A DNA stretch of 64,000 nt from Chrysomallon squamiferum (taxonomy: Eukaryota; Animalia; Mollusca), in contig CM022665.1 in NCBI GenBank assembly GCA_012295275.1, forward strand, positions 15,438,001 through 15,502,000. Reading direction: 5' to 3'. The stretch's first letter is position 1. The number at the start of each line of letters is the position of its first letter. The translations under genes were made by a program, and so were the position numbers. The notes under the pieces are model-generated. The model saw nothing but the letters and a program-made list of their open reading frames with translations, did not search any database and was not told the DNA's origin. Below, in pieces: positions 27,199 through 41,189 of the stretch.

Positions 27199-28735
27199 AA
27201 TAACTAAATAAATAAATAATATTAATACTAAATAACAACAACAGCAAAGAGTTTCCTTGAGGTGTGTTGATCATAAAACCTTATACTTGAGTGAACAGTT
27301 GAGCTACAACAAAACTGTCGTAGTTCATCGTATTATTATAACAAGTTACACTGATTGTAACAGACAGTTAATAATAACAAATTATTTTTTGGACTCTGTC
27401 TTAAAGGACTGCACTGTACATAGAATGTGTGGGTGTTTTTGTTTTTGTTTTTTATTGCTTTGACTCATCTCTGTCACTGATAGATCGTCTCTGTCTGAAA
27501 CTTTTAATCATGAATTATTATTCAAAACTCATATCAAACTGTGGCGCATTCGTAAACTTAAAATGAGTCGCCGATACTGATACGTTCGCTAGTGTCATTC
27601 TGGTTTGTATTTTACTCTGTTGGTCGCATGCATTTTGAGGATAAAAGATATTTTTGGAGACCAAAAAACCAAATAATCAAAAAAGAAAGAAAAAAGAACA
27701 ACGTAAGTCTCAAAACCCGGTCAGTAGGTCAGCCCTTTTACTTTTTATTTTTTATTTATTTTCTGTTTCAGTTTTATAACATTATTTTCGATTTTTTCCT
27801 TCACGCTTATAAGATTTATACATTTTTACCACGTTTTCAAAACAACGTATTTTGCATACTGCTGCAATGAACAAGACCTGAAAATTACATTCATAATAAC
27901 TTTAACATAATCATTTAAAAAATTCCATCCATCACTAAATGCTAATTTTTATGGTAAAACAATATTAAAACTATTTGCCTCTGTATTTTTTTATTTTCTT
28001 TTTATAATAAAACTGTAAATTCTACCGCTTTTCTTCGCGCACCTGTTTTATGCATAAATTTTCCAAGACAATTTAAATGCTGTCATCTTGTTTCGCATGT
28101 AACCAGATACTTATAATAACAGTAAGTATTTTATAATTAAAATACTTCATCTCAGCTTACGATGAACTGTGAAAACAGATGTGGTTCATAATTTAAATAT
28201 GGCTAGAGGTATATATGCATTTGAACATAAATAGATTATCTATAAAGTCAATTTACTTTAAAAAACAACAACAACAAAATGAAACAAAAACTACATTAAA
28301 CTGGAGGAAACATAAATGCAAAAATTATTAATAATAATAATAATAATTAATTAATTAAAAAACAATTATAATAATAAATAAATTAATTAATTAGTAAAGT
28401 TTGTGAACGTTATACGTATAGGTGAATGTAAATTTTTGAGAACGTTATTTTATTTGATTCTGGAAAGCAGCCTTGGTTAATAATTATAACAGCAATAAAA
28501 TAATAAGGCGTCTTTACTTTATTGTTGCACATAATAATTACTTGCATTACTTGTTATATTATGTTATTGGAATACTTTATTATTAACAAAGGTTGGAACC
28601 CACTAAAACAAAATTCACCAATAACAGGAAAGCGTACAAACTACCTTTAAGCTATAGTTTCGTATGACGGGTACATTTTGATAATAAAAAAACGACCATG
28701 AATATGACATGGTCAATGACACCTATGAACAAATA

Positions 28736-28772
<37 letters not shown>

Positions 28773-31608
28773 CTCTGTTGTTGATTTTTTTTTTTCTTTT
28801 TTTTTTCCCAGGGTCGTGATCTTATGAAGTTATATACAACACCCATCTCATATATCAACGGCTGCAAACGATAAATGTCCATTTCTTACATTCATATGCA
28901 ATGAAGCACATAACAATTTGAAGCCATACCGCTAACGAGTTTTGTTTGTATGGCTAAGCGTGAAATAAGAATGATATTGAATTTGTTAACTGCCCATTAG
29001 TTTTGTACAAACAAAGTATGATTCATCTTATTCATAAATGTGGCCCCTTTCGAATTCTGGAGTTTGTTGGTTCGATACGTGATACTGGACTAATATAAAG
29101 TTTTATTTATTTGTGTTGTTGTTGTTGTAATTTGTATTATTATTATTATTACTGTTTTTAGAATAGATTAAAAAGTTATTATTATTCGCCGTTGTTACAT
29201 TTCGGAGATTTAGAGGTTATTTTGTAAGTTTTATTTCCTTACTTAAATAAAAACTAATTTTACACGAACACATTATCATAAAATAATATTTTTTATTTAC
29301 CAAATGATTATATCTGTGCTTTACATTCAATTAATTATTATAATCTGTGTTTTCAAATCATTAAATTAATATACCTACTATTCACTTTCATTAAATTTTA
29401 TTATACTTACGTTTTATATCTTATAACAGTAATATTAATCTCTTTATTGTACATTCATTAAAATATTATTATTTCTTAGCCTGTCTAAGCAGGTGCAAAT
29501 ATACGGAATCTGACCAGTTGTCGAGACATGTATTTTGTCGTTATGTCGACGGGGAGTCACTGTAAAATGCCAAATATATGTTTCTTGTCGTCTTTTTGAA
29601 TTTCAGAACGAATAAAAGCAATATTAAGCTGTCTTCGTCACTGCAGAACATGAGATTTGACCACATGTCCGAATATAGGAGAAAGATTTGCGCAAAAATT
29701 CGGACAACTATAGGTTGTAATACATACTATTTGAAACATTGCAAGGTCGTTTGAATTATTTTTTTTATATATATATATATATATATACATAATAGGACCT
29801 GTTTTGAGGGAATTAAGGAGACTCAGTCGACTTATTTGTTAATGTTATTGTTGTAGTAGTTATTGTCGTCATCGTCGTTCTTATAAGTCACAGTTACAAG
29901 ATAATATGCAGATTTTTATGATATTAAATATCATTTCGTTATGACACTCTAGTCAAGTTTATTGTGAATAAATACATGGCACAGGGAGGGCATTTGAAGA
30001 TCCCTTTGACCTCCCCTCGACATGAGTGACAACGGCCGGGAACGAAGGCGTGAAGACATATTATATTCCGTGTAAGACTTGTCGTGAAGCAAATACAGAA
30101 TAGCCATCAGAAAACAAAAAACAAAAAACAACTGGAAAATAAGAAATATAAAGAAGAATAAAAAGAAGGGTAAGATTTGTCAGTGATGAGACTAAAACAA
30201 ACGTTTTGTAGGAAGGTTTTCTTTATGGTAAAGACGTTATCCTATTCTTTCTTAGGATAGTTTCATTTTAGATTTGACGATGTCTTGTAGCAAAAAAAAA
30301 CAACAGCAACCATATCAATAATAATAATAATAATAAAAGAGGGAGAACAAGAGTGGGGAAAAAAAAACCCCCCAAAAAACCGAAATTATGAAACCGATTA
30401 TGCCAGAGATGCAGACGACGAGAACAAAAACAAAAACAAAAACAACAATAATATTTCTACTAATAATAAGGTAATGTATTCTTTTATTCAGGCAGATATC
30501 TGAGTAATGCTCTTTAAAAAATACCAGCCACAAAACAAATCTTCGAAAACCCGTATATTTCATGAAAGTAATAAACTCTGGCTGTTTGCGCTTATTATTG
30601 AGATAAGGCATATTTCAGTTATTTCATTAGCTTTCGCGTATTTTACCTCGCAATAAAGATACATTTTTAAAGAATATTTCTGACATGCGTACAAAGACCG
30701 GTGTTTAGCGGGACCCGTTAAGTACAGGTGCTAAATTCAATTAGAAAGGGATTATAACTCATTTGCACACATTAGTATAACAAAAAACCGAGAGAGAGAA
30801 TTTATTCCAAGCCCTTGGTTACTGTATATCAATTGGAAAAGTGAGCGTGTGCTAGGGAACTTTCATAAACGTGTTTATAAAACCTTTAGGGATTCGCGAC
30901 CCCCACCTGCAGGCTTTAAGACCACGTAAAGGTGTGCAAACATGGCCGACCTTCAGTGTCCACGCATTAATAGAAAAAGATGAAATACGAAACCAAGACC
31001 TGCTTACTGGAATCTCTCTCTCTCTCTCTCGAGTTATTAAAAATAAATCTACGTACGTTTCCAGACACAAGGGAATATGGCGGCAGTCATTGTTTGTAGA
31101 TCTATGCTGGGTGTGTTTTCACACCTGAACATAACTTTGGTCTCATTGTTTGCAAGACAAGTTGACCAAAGAAATGGTTTATGTTTGCCCCCTGACTCTC
31201 CGTCTCTCTCGGCATTGATATAGAACTACTGGAATGGATATATAAGTATAAGGAATTAAGTAAGTAGGGAATTAAGTACTGACCGATTTTAGAATTTAAT
31301 TTATTTAAATTCGTTGGATTCTTTTTTTCTTTTCCCTGCGTGTTAGGGCTTGTGTTGGAGAAACATATCAATACTAGAAATATTTCAGTATACATACATA
31401 CATACCCAGATACATATATTGTTGCTTTGTTTTATTTTATTTTTTTCTTGTTTGTTTTTTTTTGGGGGGGGGGGGCGGATTGTTATTTTTCGAACATTTG
31501 GTAATTTTGACCAGTTCGATAAATCTGTTCATGAAAGCTTATTCTTTGAAAAAAAATAAAAAAAAAAAAAAATAATAATAATAATAATAATATTAAAAAA
31601 TAAATAAT

Positions 31609-31639
<31 letters not shown>

Positions 31640-31834
31640 TGACTCTTTCAGTGCTAATGATTAAAAATAGTTTACAGACAGATATTGTTGTACATAATAA
31701 GAATTTCATTAAATACAACACGGTCACCCTCATTCAGAATCCATTGTGATAATATGTCCATGAACTCCATATATCAGGATGTATCCTTATAATCTGCATA
31801 CTTATCTAATTCAGAAAGGATATGTAAGGTAACA

Positions 31835-31838
<4 letters not shown>

Positions 31839-31920
<82 letters not shown>
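31839..31920. repeat. (CT)n microsatellite
   Basis: Direct reading. Confidence 0.97.
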
Positions 31921-31924
<4 letters not shown>

Positions 31925-32073
31925 TCGATAATACCCTTAATCAATATTCTTGTTTAATTTGCACCTGCTATTAACAACAATTTATGGAGCAATAAAAATT
32001 TGGATGAAAAAAGAAAAAGAAAAATGAAAATATAAAATAAGTAAAGAAAAAAAATGAAAACAAAACGAAACGA

Positions 32074-32104
<31 letters not shown>

Positions 32105-32539
32105 TATAAATACGTTGAATCTCAATGTACATATAAACTGAAGAAAAGTCCATTTCCGTAAGTTGTGTTTTCAAATACACCATAACACTTCAACTGTTAC
32201 TACTCTTCACCTTGTGTGGCGGCACTTGTTAAAGAAAACATTCAACTTTCTTTCTTCATTTTTCTTCCTGGACAGTTTTATTATCACAAATACTAACTGC
32301 TCATCTGTCTAAGTCCACGCTGACTTCCTCTCGTTTTCATAAAAGAAAATAAAACTGCTTTGATGTTGCAAATTTGCATTTTCATTGTATCATAAAGAGA
32401 GAGAGGGAGAAAAAAGTTGACCCAGAATGTGTTTTAATGAATTTTATGAATTTCAATAATTCACTGAAAAAAAATTGTATTAAAAGGTATAAATTAAACA
32501 ACAAAAATAATATCAAGAATTTTAATATAACGTTTATGG

Positions 32540-32549
32540 AGAGAGAGAG

Positions 32550-32635
<86 letters not shown>
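32540..32635. repeat. Compound (GA)n(GT)n microsatellite
   Basis: Direct reading. Confidence 0.97.
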
Positions 32636-32639
<4 letters not shown>

Positions 32640-32921
32640 GGACGTATCTCTCTTTTTCTCTCACGCACAACAAACGCTGAGCTGACCGCGTTAAACAAAA
32701 TAAAATACATTAATCTTGGATTCTAATGCAGTATTTTCTAAATTCCATCGAAGGTCAACAGACCAGCAGAACTTGTAAAGATCTACAAAGAACATGTCCA
32801 CGGATTCAGTCTGTCTGCTAGTCAGTACAAATAAACTATTCATTTCTGGAAACGTCTTTGACGTCGTTTTAAAAAATACATTATCAAAATTTATATGGGA
32901 ACGAAGTATTTAAAAAAATAA

Positions 32922-33024
<103 letters not shown>

Positions 33025-33590
33025 TAATTAATAAATAAATAAAAATCAAAGGACAAAAAAGAGAATATCCGATTAGTTTTTGCCTCGTTATGACTTTAGT
33101 ACTTACGAAGGCAAGTTATTTGAATTAACTCTATATATTTATCTTCTTACTTCATTAATCACAATATTTTAATATCGTTTCTAACTGCCCAAAGCATGTA
33201 ACGGTTCGAAATGCTTATATTAATACAAAGAAAATGCAAACAGTAACAAAAGGAAACTCGTGAACTGACGAACAACAAACTGACGTGGCGGAAACGAATT
33301 AGACTGCACCTATAGGTCCGACCCCGGAGTCTGGAGTTTGGAGCAAAGCCCACATAACGCAGTCTACAACTGTTAGCTGTCAACCTGAATTCCAGACACT
33401 ATGTAAGGGATTAACACGGTTTCGGATATTCTGACAGAAAATCGTGAACCGAAATATGCATTGACGCGATAGAATTGGTTTAAAAATGGGGTATTGGTGA
33501 AAGACTGAATTCAGTAATGCAAAATAAAACAAAAAGAAAGAAAAGAAATACACAAATAAATCCAACAAAAACAAACCAAATGTTTTTACA

Positions 33591-33665
<75 letters not shown>

Positions 33666-34593
33666 AATAACTACGACTACTACAACTATTGCTACAGTAC
33701 TACAGATACTACTAAAACTTCTACTACCATTACTACTACTACGAATACTACGAATACTACAACCACTGCTGTAGTACTACATGTACTACTACTACCTCTA
33801 TTACTATTCCTTCTGTTATTACTATTACTACTACTACTTCTACTGCTGCTACTACTACTACTTCTACTACGACTACTTCAACTACCGCTGCATTACTACA
33901 TATACTACTACTACTACTACTACTGTTTCCTATTTGTTGTTACTGATATCGTAACTAAAGCAATATCTACATTTGTTGTTTTTCTTACTTAATTATAAAT
34001 AATTAAGCATGCAAGTTACAGGTGTGGATAGGATTTATTTCCACCGCCATCCCCTACCCAACCAACCCCCTCGGAAACCGAGGCATTCAGTAATTGAACC
34101 CTTCTGACGATTTTACCCACCTCTGACCCCAACCGCCGAAACAGGTCAGCGACTGACTAAGAATCACTGAGTACACGAAACAATGTCCATATACAGTTAT
34201 TTATTACCAAGCGTTTGAAGTTATACATTCTCTGATTTTGATGTCCACATTATAATTTTTGAACAGTTATAACACTCGATGATCCTGCGTGGCCACTAAG
34301 CACGCAAGCACGTCTTAGCGTACAAAGACAGTCGGCTGATCTAACGGGTTCGAGAGACTTTGCCGCCTACAAAAGAAACGGCTAAACACAGCTATAAAAT
34401 CTTACGCCACACGCTGCGTTTAATACAATAATTTGTCAACGATTATATTTTTCTGTATGAACGCAAAATCACAAGGGAACGTTTTTTTTTTTACTGAGTT
34501 GGTTCTGAACTTCAGGTTAACAATTACTGTTCGAGAGAGGTTGATGGGTCGAACGATCGATCGCCGTACTGAAAAATAATTTGTTATTATTAT

Positions 34594-34650
34594 CTCTATA
34601 TCTCTTTCTTTGTCTCTCCCTCTCTCTCTCTGTATCCCTCTCTCCCCCCT

Positions 34651-34682
<32 letters not shown>

Positions 34683-34706
34683 CCTCTCCCTCTCCCTCTC
34701 CCTCTC

Positions 34707-34739
<33 letters not shown>

Positions 34740-34856
34740 ATCTCTCTCTCTTTATCTCTCTCTGTCTTTCTCTCAACTTCTTCTATTTTTGTTTATCTCT
34801 GTTTCTCTCCTCTCTCTCTCTCTCCTACTCTCTTCCTCCCCCCTCCTTTTCCCTCT
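34594..34856. repeat. Long polypyrimidine (CT)n/(CTCTCC)n tract
   Basis: Direct reading. Confidence 0.9.
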
Positions 34857-35555
34857 AATACTAACACCCAACTCCCTTTCTTTTTCAAGGACTCACTCAA
34901 TTATTACCTTCACATCCAGGTCCTTTATTTAATTTCTCAGGTATTTCTACCTGATCTCCGGCGTCAAGGTGTGCGGGTCTGTGTTTGAACTGAATTAGTA
35001 TAGATAAGAAACGACTAGTTGTAAAAAGCTCAGATTAAACTTGGATTTCTTTGGCCACAACGTTGTTTTCGGTTTATCGGATTATCAACATCAGAAATAC
35101 ACTGTGGCAAGTCTTCTCAGTAGTCAAGAGAACAAGTTCTTTTTGTTTTGTGTGTTTTCCACTTTACTTAATCTAATCTCATGTTTTCAGATCAGCCCGC
35201 GATAAACTGTTATAATAGTTGCTAAAATAAGATAGGCTTTATCTTTTATTCTTCTCTTTTTTTTTCTCTTTTTTTTCCATTTTTCTTTTTTCTTTTCCTT
35301 TTTAGCGGATGTAGTAAGGTGGTGTATGAGTTCGTTTCTTGTTGTTTTTGGGGTTTTTTTTGTTCTTGTTGTTGTTGCTGTTGTTTTGTTTGCTCATCTC
35401 CTTTGTCCTTCTTTCTTTCCTTTTTCTTCATTGTATGGTTCTTTCTTTCTTATTTTCTTTCTGTTTTAATTATTTCTTACCTATTTATATTTGTTATTTT
35501 TCTCTTGCAAACTGAAAGAGAAAAAGAGTCACGCAGGAGTGGAAAAGAGTAGGAC

Positions 35556-35598
<43 letters not shown>

Positions 35599-36456
35599 GA
35601 GACAGACAGACAGAGATAGAGACGAACAGACAGACAGACAGACTGAGAAAGATATAGAAAGAAACAGAGAAAGAACAAGAGATGAAAGAAAAGAAAAGAA
35701 AAAAGAATAAAAAGCTTACTGTTTTAAAATGTGCTTACTTAACTTACAGAAGATAATCACTTCGACTCACGAAATTCAAACTTTTAAATCTGATCTGCGC
35801 GTTATGCATAGACACCCCTAACATTACACAAAATCTATACAGAGATTCGTTCTTCCATTATATTACCCCCGTGATACCTCGCTGACCCTTGTTGCTCACT
35901 TGGTCCGACCCCCATCCTGCGAACAATGTCACTGTGCCTGGGACAAGGTAATTATTTCCAGCACACATCAGCTTCAGTAGATTCTTGTTTTATTTATGTA
36001 GAAACTGTTGAAGAAAAACGTGTGGTTTTCCTACGGATTCGAACTCGTGTCCTTTTTAGCGGAATTAATCCGTCTGGGAAAAAGACAATGGTTGTTCTGT
36101 GAAACACATTAAAAAAAAAGAAAAAGAAAAAAAGAAGTTTATACAATGACAATTTCATCACACCTGTTTGTTTTGTAGGTTTCAAGGATGTTTCTTTTCT
36201 TCTTATATATGAGGTTTCTCTTTAAATCGAGGACACAGAAAGAAATACATGCTTTCTTGTAAACATTTTTTAGTCTTTAACAGTAACGTTTACCGGGTTT
36301 TAACATATAATTTGTGTTTAATAAGGCTGTATTATATCCCTGGAGAGGAAACCAGAAGCCGCTTTTCTATGGTTTGCTGTTGTTTCATATATTAAAATTC
36401 AATACTATAATGTCTTTGATATCGTACTACATTGCTGTTTTCTTTCTGTTTTCGTG

Positions 36457-36640
<184 letters not shown>

Positions 36641-38049
36641 CATAGATAGATAGAGAGATAGAGAGATAGATAGATAAAGACACTGAGAAGGGGAGACGCA
36701 ATTATAGATAGCCACACAGGCAGACAGATTGAAAGACAGATGGATGGATGAATAGACAGACAGATGCAGAATAAGTAAATAAATACAAATAAACAAAAAA
36801 AACAAACAAACAAACAACTAAATAAACAAATAAATAAATGATAATAATATTAATAATACATCTATGCGAAAAAAATCAAATAAATATTTGTTAATGTAAA
36901 TGGCTTTTATAGCAATAATAGAGTTGTATAAATTATCCTTTATGTAAACGATTGTAATGTGTGAATTAAATTTATAGCTATTCTTAACTCTTTTTTCTAT
37001 TTATTTTTTTGTCTGCGTTTTATTACTGTTGTCACATAATTTAGCTGTCATCTGACTCCTTAATATGATTTCTTTTTAACAAAACAGTTGTTTATTATAT
37101 CAATATAAACTGAAACGAGAGAAATTACCTTCGCAATTATTCAAAGATTTGGGTTTCATCAAAAATATTACAAAAGTAAAAGTAGAATAAGGTAATGTAA
37201 AATAAACAATTTCGACAATGAAAGAAAGAAACTATGTGGTTTATCAATTTAGTTTTTGTTGTTACTTAAAACTAGGAAGTAATTTGTACTGAAATTAGCA
37301 ACAATGCAAATGGGATTTATAAAGAAAAGGAAAGGAAAGTGAGAAAGAAAGAAGAAGAAAAAATAAACGAATAATAATTTAAAAAATAAGAACGTAAATA
37401 AAAGTTTCTTTAATTTTTCTAGTTTAACATTCTACACATCATTATTTATTGATATGTCTACAGTCAGTAAAATTCTCAAATAAATGTGTTCTTTGTCACG
37501 TTTTATATCTTAACATCTGGACTTCTGAAACAGGTAAAAACAATTTTAAACAGTCAAGTGTTAAACGAAGAACAATAATTGCAACATAATACTTTGATAT
37601 TTTTTTTCTTACTGAAAAAAACAAACAAAACAAACAAAAAGAGCGAATAAAAGGGGAGAGAATAAAGAGTAAAAATGGTGTCGAGTAAAACCGAAAAAAA
37701 TATAATACTGAAAATAAATAAAATAATAATAAAAATAACAACAACAACAAAAATAACGGCAATAACAACAACAACAATAACAATAGCATTATCAACAGCA
37801 ATAGCAATAAGAATAATAATTTTAGAGATTAAATGTGCTCCAAAGATGTTGGAATGTGAAATCCAAAAATTACAGTAAATCAGTGGCGATACGAGGCAGG
37901 CCCATTTAACGGAATAACCAGAACAACGCGTCTCTTTATTATCGGGACTTGAACACTCTTTGGCGAATGGCGCAAAAACTGTTGAATTCATTTCGCCTTG
38001 GCTTGATTTATGACGCCCAATACTGGAAAATATTAGAGCTCAAGTTAGA

Positions 38050-38062
38050 AAGAGACAGAGAC

Positions 38063-38143
<81 letters not shown>

Positions 38144-38144
38144 G
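38050..38144. repeat. (GA)n/(GAGACA)n microsatellite
   Basis: Direct reading. Confidence 0.95.
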
Positions 38145-39099
38145 ATACTACCGCTTGCAGCAAGTGGTTGTCGACTGATTTATCGCTGGAGCAGACTAAA
38201 GGTGAAATCGTATTCCTTTCTGTGTTAGATATAATTTATCGTATATGATATAACTAGGAATAGAAAAATGATGGCAAGCGTGTCATCCCATATATAAGTG
38301 TAATACAGCATTTTACTGTAGTAATGAAGCTGTGTATTATGGGAGCAGACAAGAGGATTTGATTTGTTATTTTACAAGTAAAGGTGATACCTAATTAGCA
38401 AATGGTTTATTTGATATAGCAGGTCATGAGAGAGAAATGTGAACAATCTGTCGAACGATATGTATACGTGTAGGGGAAGGTAGATATTAGGGTGGTTTTT
38501 TTATATAGGACTGAATGTTTAGATGTCTTATGTTGGCCTGGTTAAACTTTACAGAGAGTATTTGTGACTATGACTTTAAATATGTTTGAATATATATATA
38601 TAGATATATATGTATGTATGCATATATATGTACGTATCTATGCATATGTATATATGTATTTATGGGGTTTATTTACGTTTTTATCTATGTATGAATGTAT
38701 ATATATATGTACGTGTGTGTGTGCATGCGTGTACTGTGTGTATGTTTGTACGCATGTGTGTGTAGCTCATTATTTCTTAGCCTTCTTCTGACAAAAAAAA
38801 AATGTAATAAATTATAACATTCTTAAATCTCAACAGCTTTCATACAAATATATTGGGAAAAGAAATCTACTACCGCAGCAATATAATATAATACAGTAAT
38901 GTGAAATCTCTGTATGGGAGAAGCTCTCACCTATACATAAATCTAACATGATACGTAATATGCAGGTTAAAATACACAGCGAAGTATTTAAATATGTCAG
39001 TGCAGTGTAGCGTATCATTGTGTATTTATCTGCGTTTGTCCCGCCAGTAAATCCAAGCTTCAACTCTCGAGTAGTCGACACCTTAATACCAACTGCCAG

Positions 39100-39300
39100 C
39101 CTTTATATAAACATATTTACGTCCATACCTAGCCGCCTCGTACCAAAGTGCAGCGCGCTCATAATCCGCTACGTCATGAAGTAGGGGGCGGGGCTAGAGG
39201 AAGGGGACGACCAATGCGGACTCGGGTTTTTACGGAGACATTCCCATCAGCTGGTGATTCTACTAAAAACAGGCAGTGGCTTCCGTTTGGTTATGAAGGT
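39100..39300. promoter_or_regulatory. Putative proximal promoter of the spondin-like gene
   Basis: Locally GC/CpG-rich. Perfect Sp1 GC box GGGGCGGGGC 39185-39194, CCAAT 39211-39215, CRE-like TACGTCA 39170-39176, ETS-like CTTCCG ~39280-39285, and TATA-like CTTTATATAAAC 39101-39112 (readable on both strands). Lies 170-370 bp upstream of the start codon. Confidence 0.65.
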
Positions 39301-39465
39301 ATGAAAGTACTTGGACAGTACGGAGAGGTTGTACGGGATTTTAACGACTGTGTCGTGATTTCGTCTGATTTTTGTATTAGCCGATACTTCTTTTATCCAG
39401 GAGATAACCGACGACAAATGTGAACTTACGGACAGACATAAATGCGTGTGCACGCCACGTTTACA

Positions 39466-39670
39466 ATGAAGGGATTATTACTTACCTGTGTTATATACCT
39501 TCTCTGTGTGTTTTCTACTACACGTGCAGCGAAATCTTACGCAAAAGCAATATGTGAACGAAAACCAATTCATACAACAGCACAACAGACTAAGGGAAAT
39601 AGCGGTTTTAGGATTTACATTGAGGGGACCCCCGGTGAAGGCAAATACAGACCAGGAGAGAGCTATACAG
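39466..39670 (+). CDS. SPON1: First coding exon of a spondin-1 (F-spondin)-like secreted extracellular matrix protein: signal peptide + N-terminal part of reeler domain (partial gene; alternative in-frame start at 39442)
   Basis: Seen: MKGLLLTCVIYLLCVFSTTRAA (hydrophobic, signal-peptide-like, start context ACAATG) followed by KSYAKAICERKPIHTTAQQTKGNSGFRIYIEGTPGEGKYRPGESYT, then a consensus donor CAG|GTAAGT at 39670/39671 (phase 1), after which the sequence becomes AT-rich. Knowledge: matches the F-spondin reeler N-terminus pattern C-x-R...F-x-I/L-x-I/V-EG-x-P...Y-x-PG-x-x-Y (human SPON1 as I recall it: CSRIL...EFSLRVEGDPDFYKPGTSYRV). Confidence 0.85.
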
Positions 39671-40074
39671 GTAAGTTATTATTTTATATATATATAATTA
39701 TATTTTTAAAACTCATATATTATAATCCATCTTCCTTTAAACTCTATCATGTTATACTGAATGCATGGATGTGCGATATTAAAATTAATGAATAAACGTG
39801 TGTTAACAGCAGTCTCGTTAAGACGAATGTACAAGCGTTGTTTTAAACAATCAGAATACAGTGTGTGCTATATACCGAATTTATTTTGATTAGACGGATG
39901 TCAAACGCGCAAGTGAGAAATGAAACCTGCCCAATTTATATTAATCACAGTGTTACCGTATCAAATGATCACAGCCCGTTTTAAACATGCCAGTTACATG
40001 TTTAACAGCAATATCGAATGTACAGCAGTCTTATTAAATCACTACTTTATGTTGAAAGCGTCTGGCTCACATTA

Positions 40075-40555
40075 AATATATAAAACATTCTTTAATTAAA
40101 CAGACAGCACATTCGCTGATACTAATGTGGTATTAACTACACAGGGAACACATTCGTTATTATGAATATACATATGTGTTATTAATTAAAGAGAGAGCAC
40201 ATTAGATTATATGAATATTTATTCATGAACATGTGATATTAACAATACAGGGAAAACATTCGTTGTTATGAATACATGTACGTGATGTTAATTAAAGAGA
40301 ACATACGCTGATATGTTAATACATTTGTTAACCATATAGTGAGCACATACGTTAATATTTTAATACATATAGTATATAGAGAGAACATACGTTAATATGT
40401 TAACAAATGTATTAATTATATAGAAAGTACATACGTTGAATTGTTCATAAATTTATTAACTGTATAAAGAACATATACGTTGATATTAATACACACGTGT
40501 GATATTAACCACACTCACAAAGGAAACATTGCTATGAATTACACATATGTGACAC
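40075..40555. repeat. Degenerate ~40-55-bp minisatellite, ~10 units, near the start of the spondin intron
   Basis: Recurrent TTAA..A(G)AGA(A/G)CACAT(T/A)CGTT..TATG(T/A) blocks, e.g. ~40095, 40140, 40190, 40250, 40295, 40340, 40380, 40425, 40465. Confidence 0.75.
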
Positions 40556-41130
40556 AAATGCTATCAGTAAGTCATAAAGTATCCGTACAGTAATTTCAAA
40601 TGCATTGTGTGATATTACAAAGAACAAACAACAGTAATAAGCACAGATAAGTCTTTATCTCTCTAATGTACTGATCATGTGAGTGTATATTAAGTGCACT
40701 TACATACTGATAACATAGTAATGTACACAGTTTACATGAACAAGTATTATCTTTTAACTGTTACTGTTGTTTATAGGTGTTAGAGATGTTTCAAATTAAA
40801 TAGCCCTATATTACTTCTGTCACAAAGGGTTTTTTTTCTTCTTCTTCTTCTTCATCAACATCATCATCATTATTACTAAAATTAATTGATTAATGTATTT
40901 GTTTTTTAGTTTATTTATCTATTTATTTATCATCCTTATAATACGATAAGAAATAATTCATTTCTTACGTCGTTAAAGGTTCCATTAGACGCTCAAATTA
41001 TCGCAAACATTTTTAGAAGTTTTCTAGTGCTAAATTTTAATGTATTCGTTTCAAAAATAAGAAATAAAGGCAACCTGAAAATAATTCGAATAAAAGAATG
41101 TATAAAAAGATAAATACAAAATATCGATAC

Positions 41131-41189
<59 letters not shown>

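Noticed and set aside
36025-36075. Isolated B-box-like GAGTTCGAATCC on the minus strand
   Set aside because: No matching A box or tRNA fold at the proper distance.
39671-39795. C-terminal part of the supplied 117-aa ORF
   Set aside because: Lies past the consensus donor and is AT-rich intron read-through with no reeler similarity.
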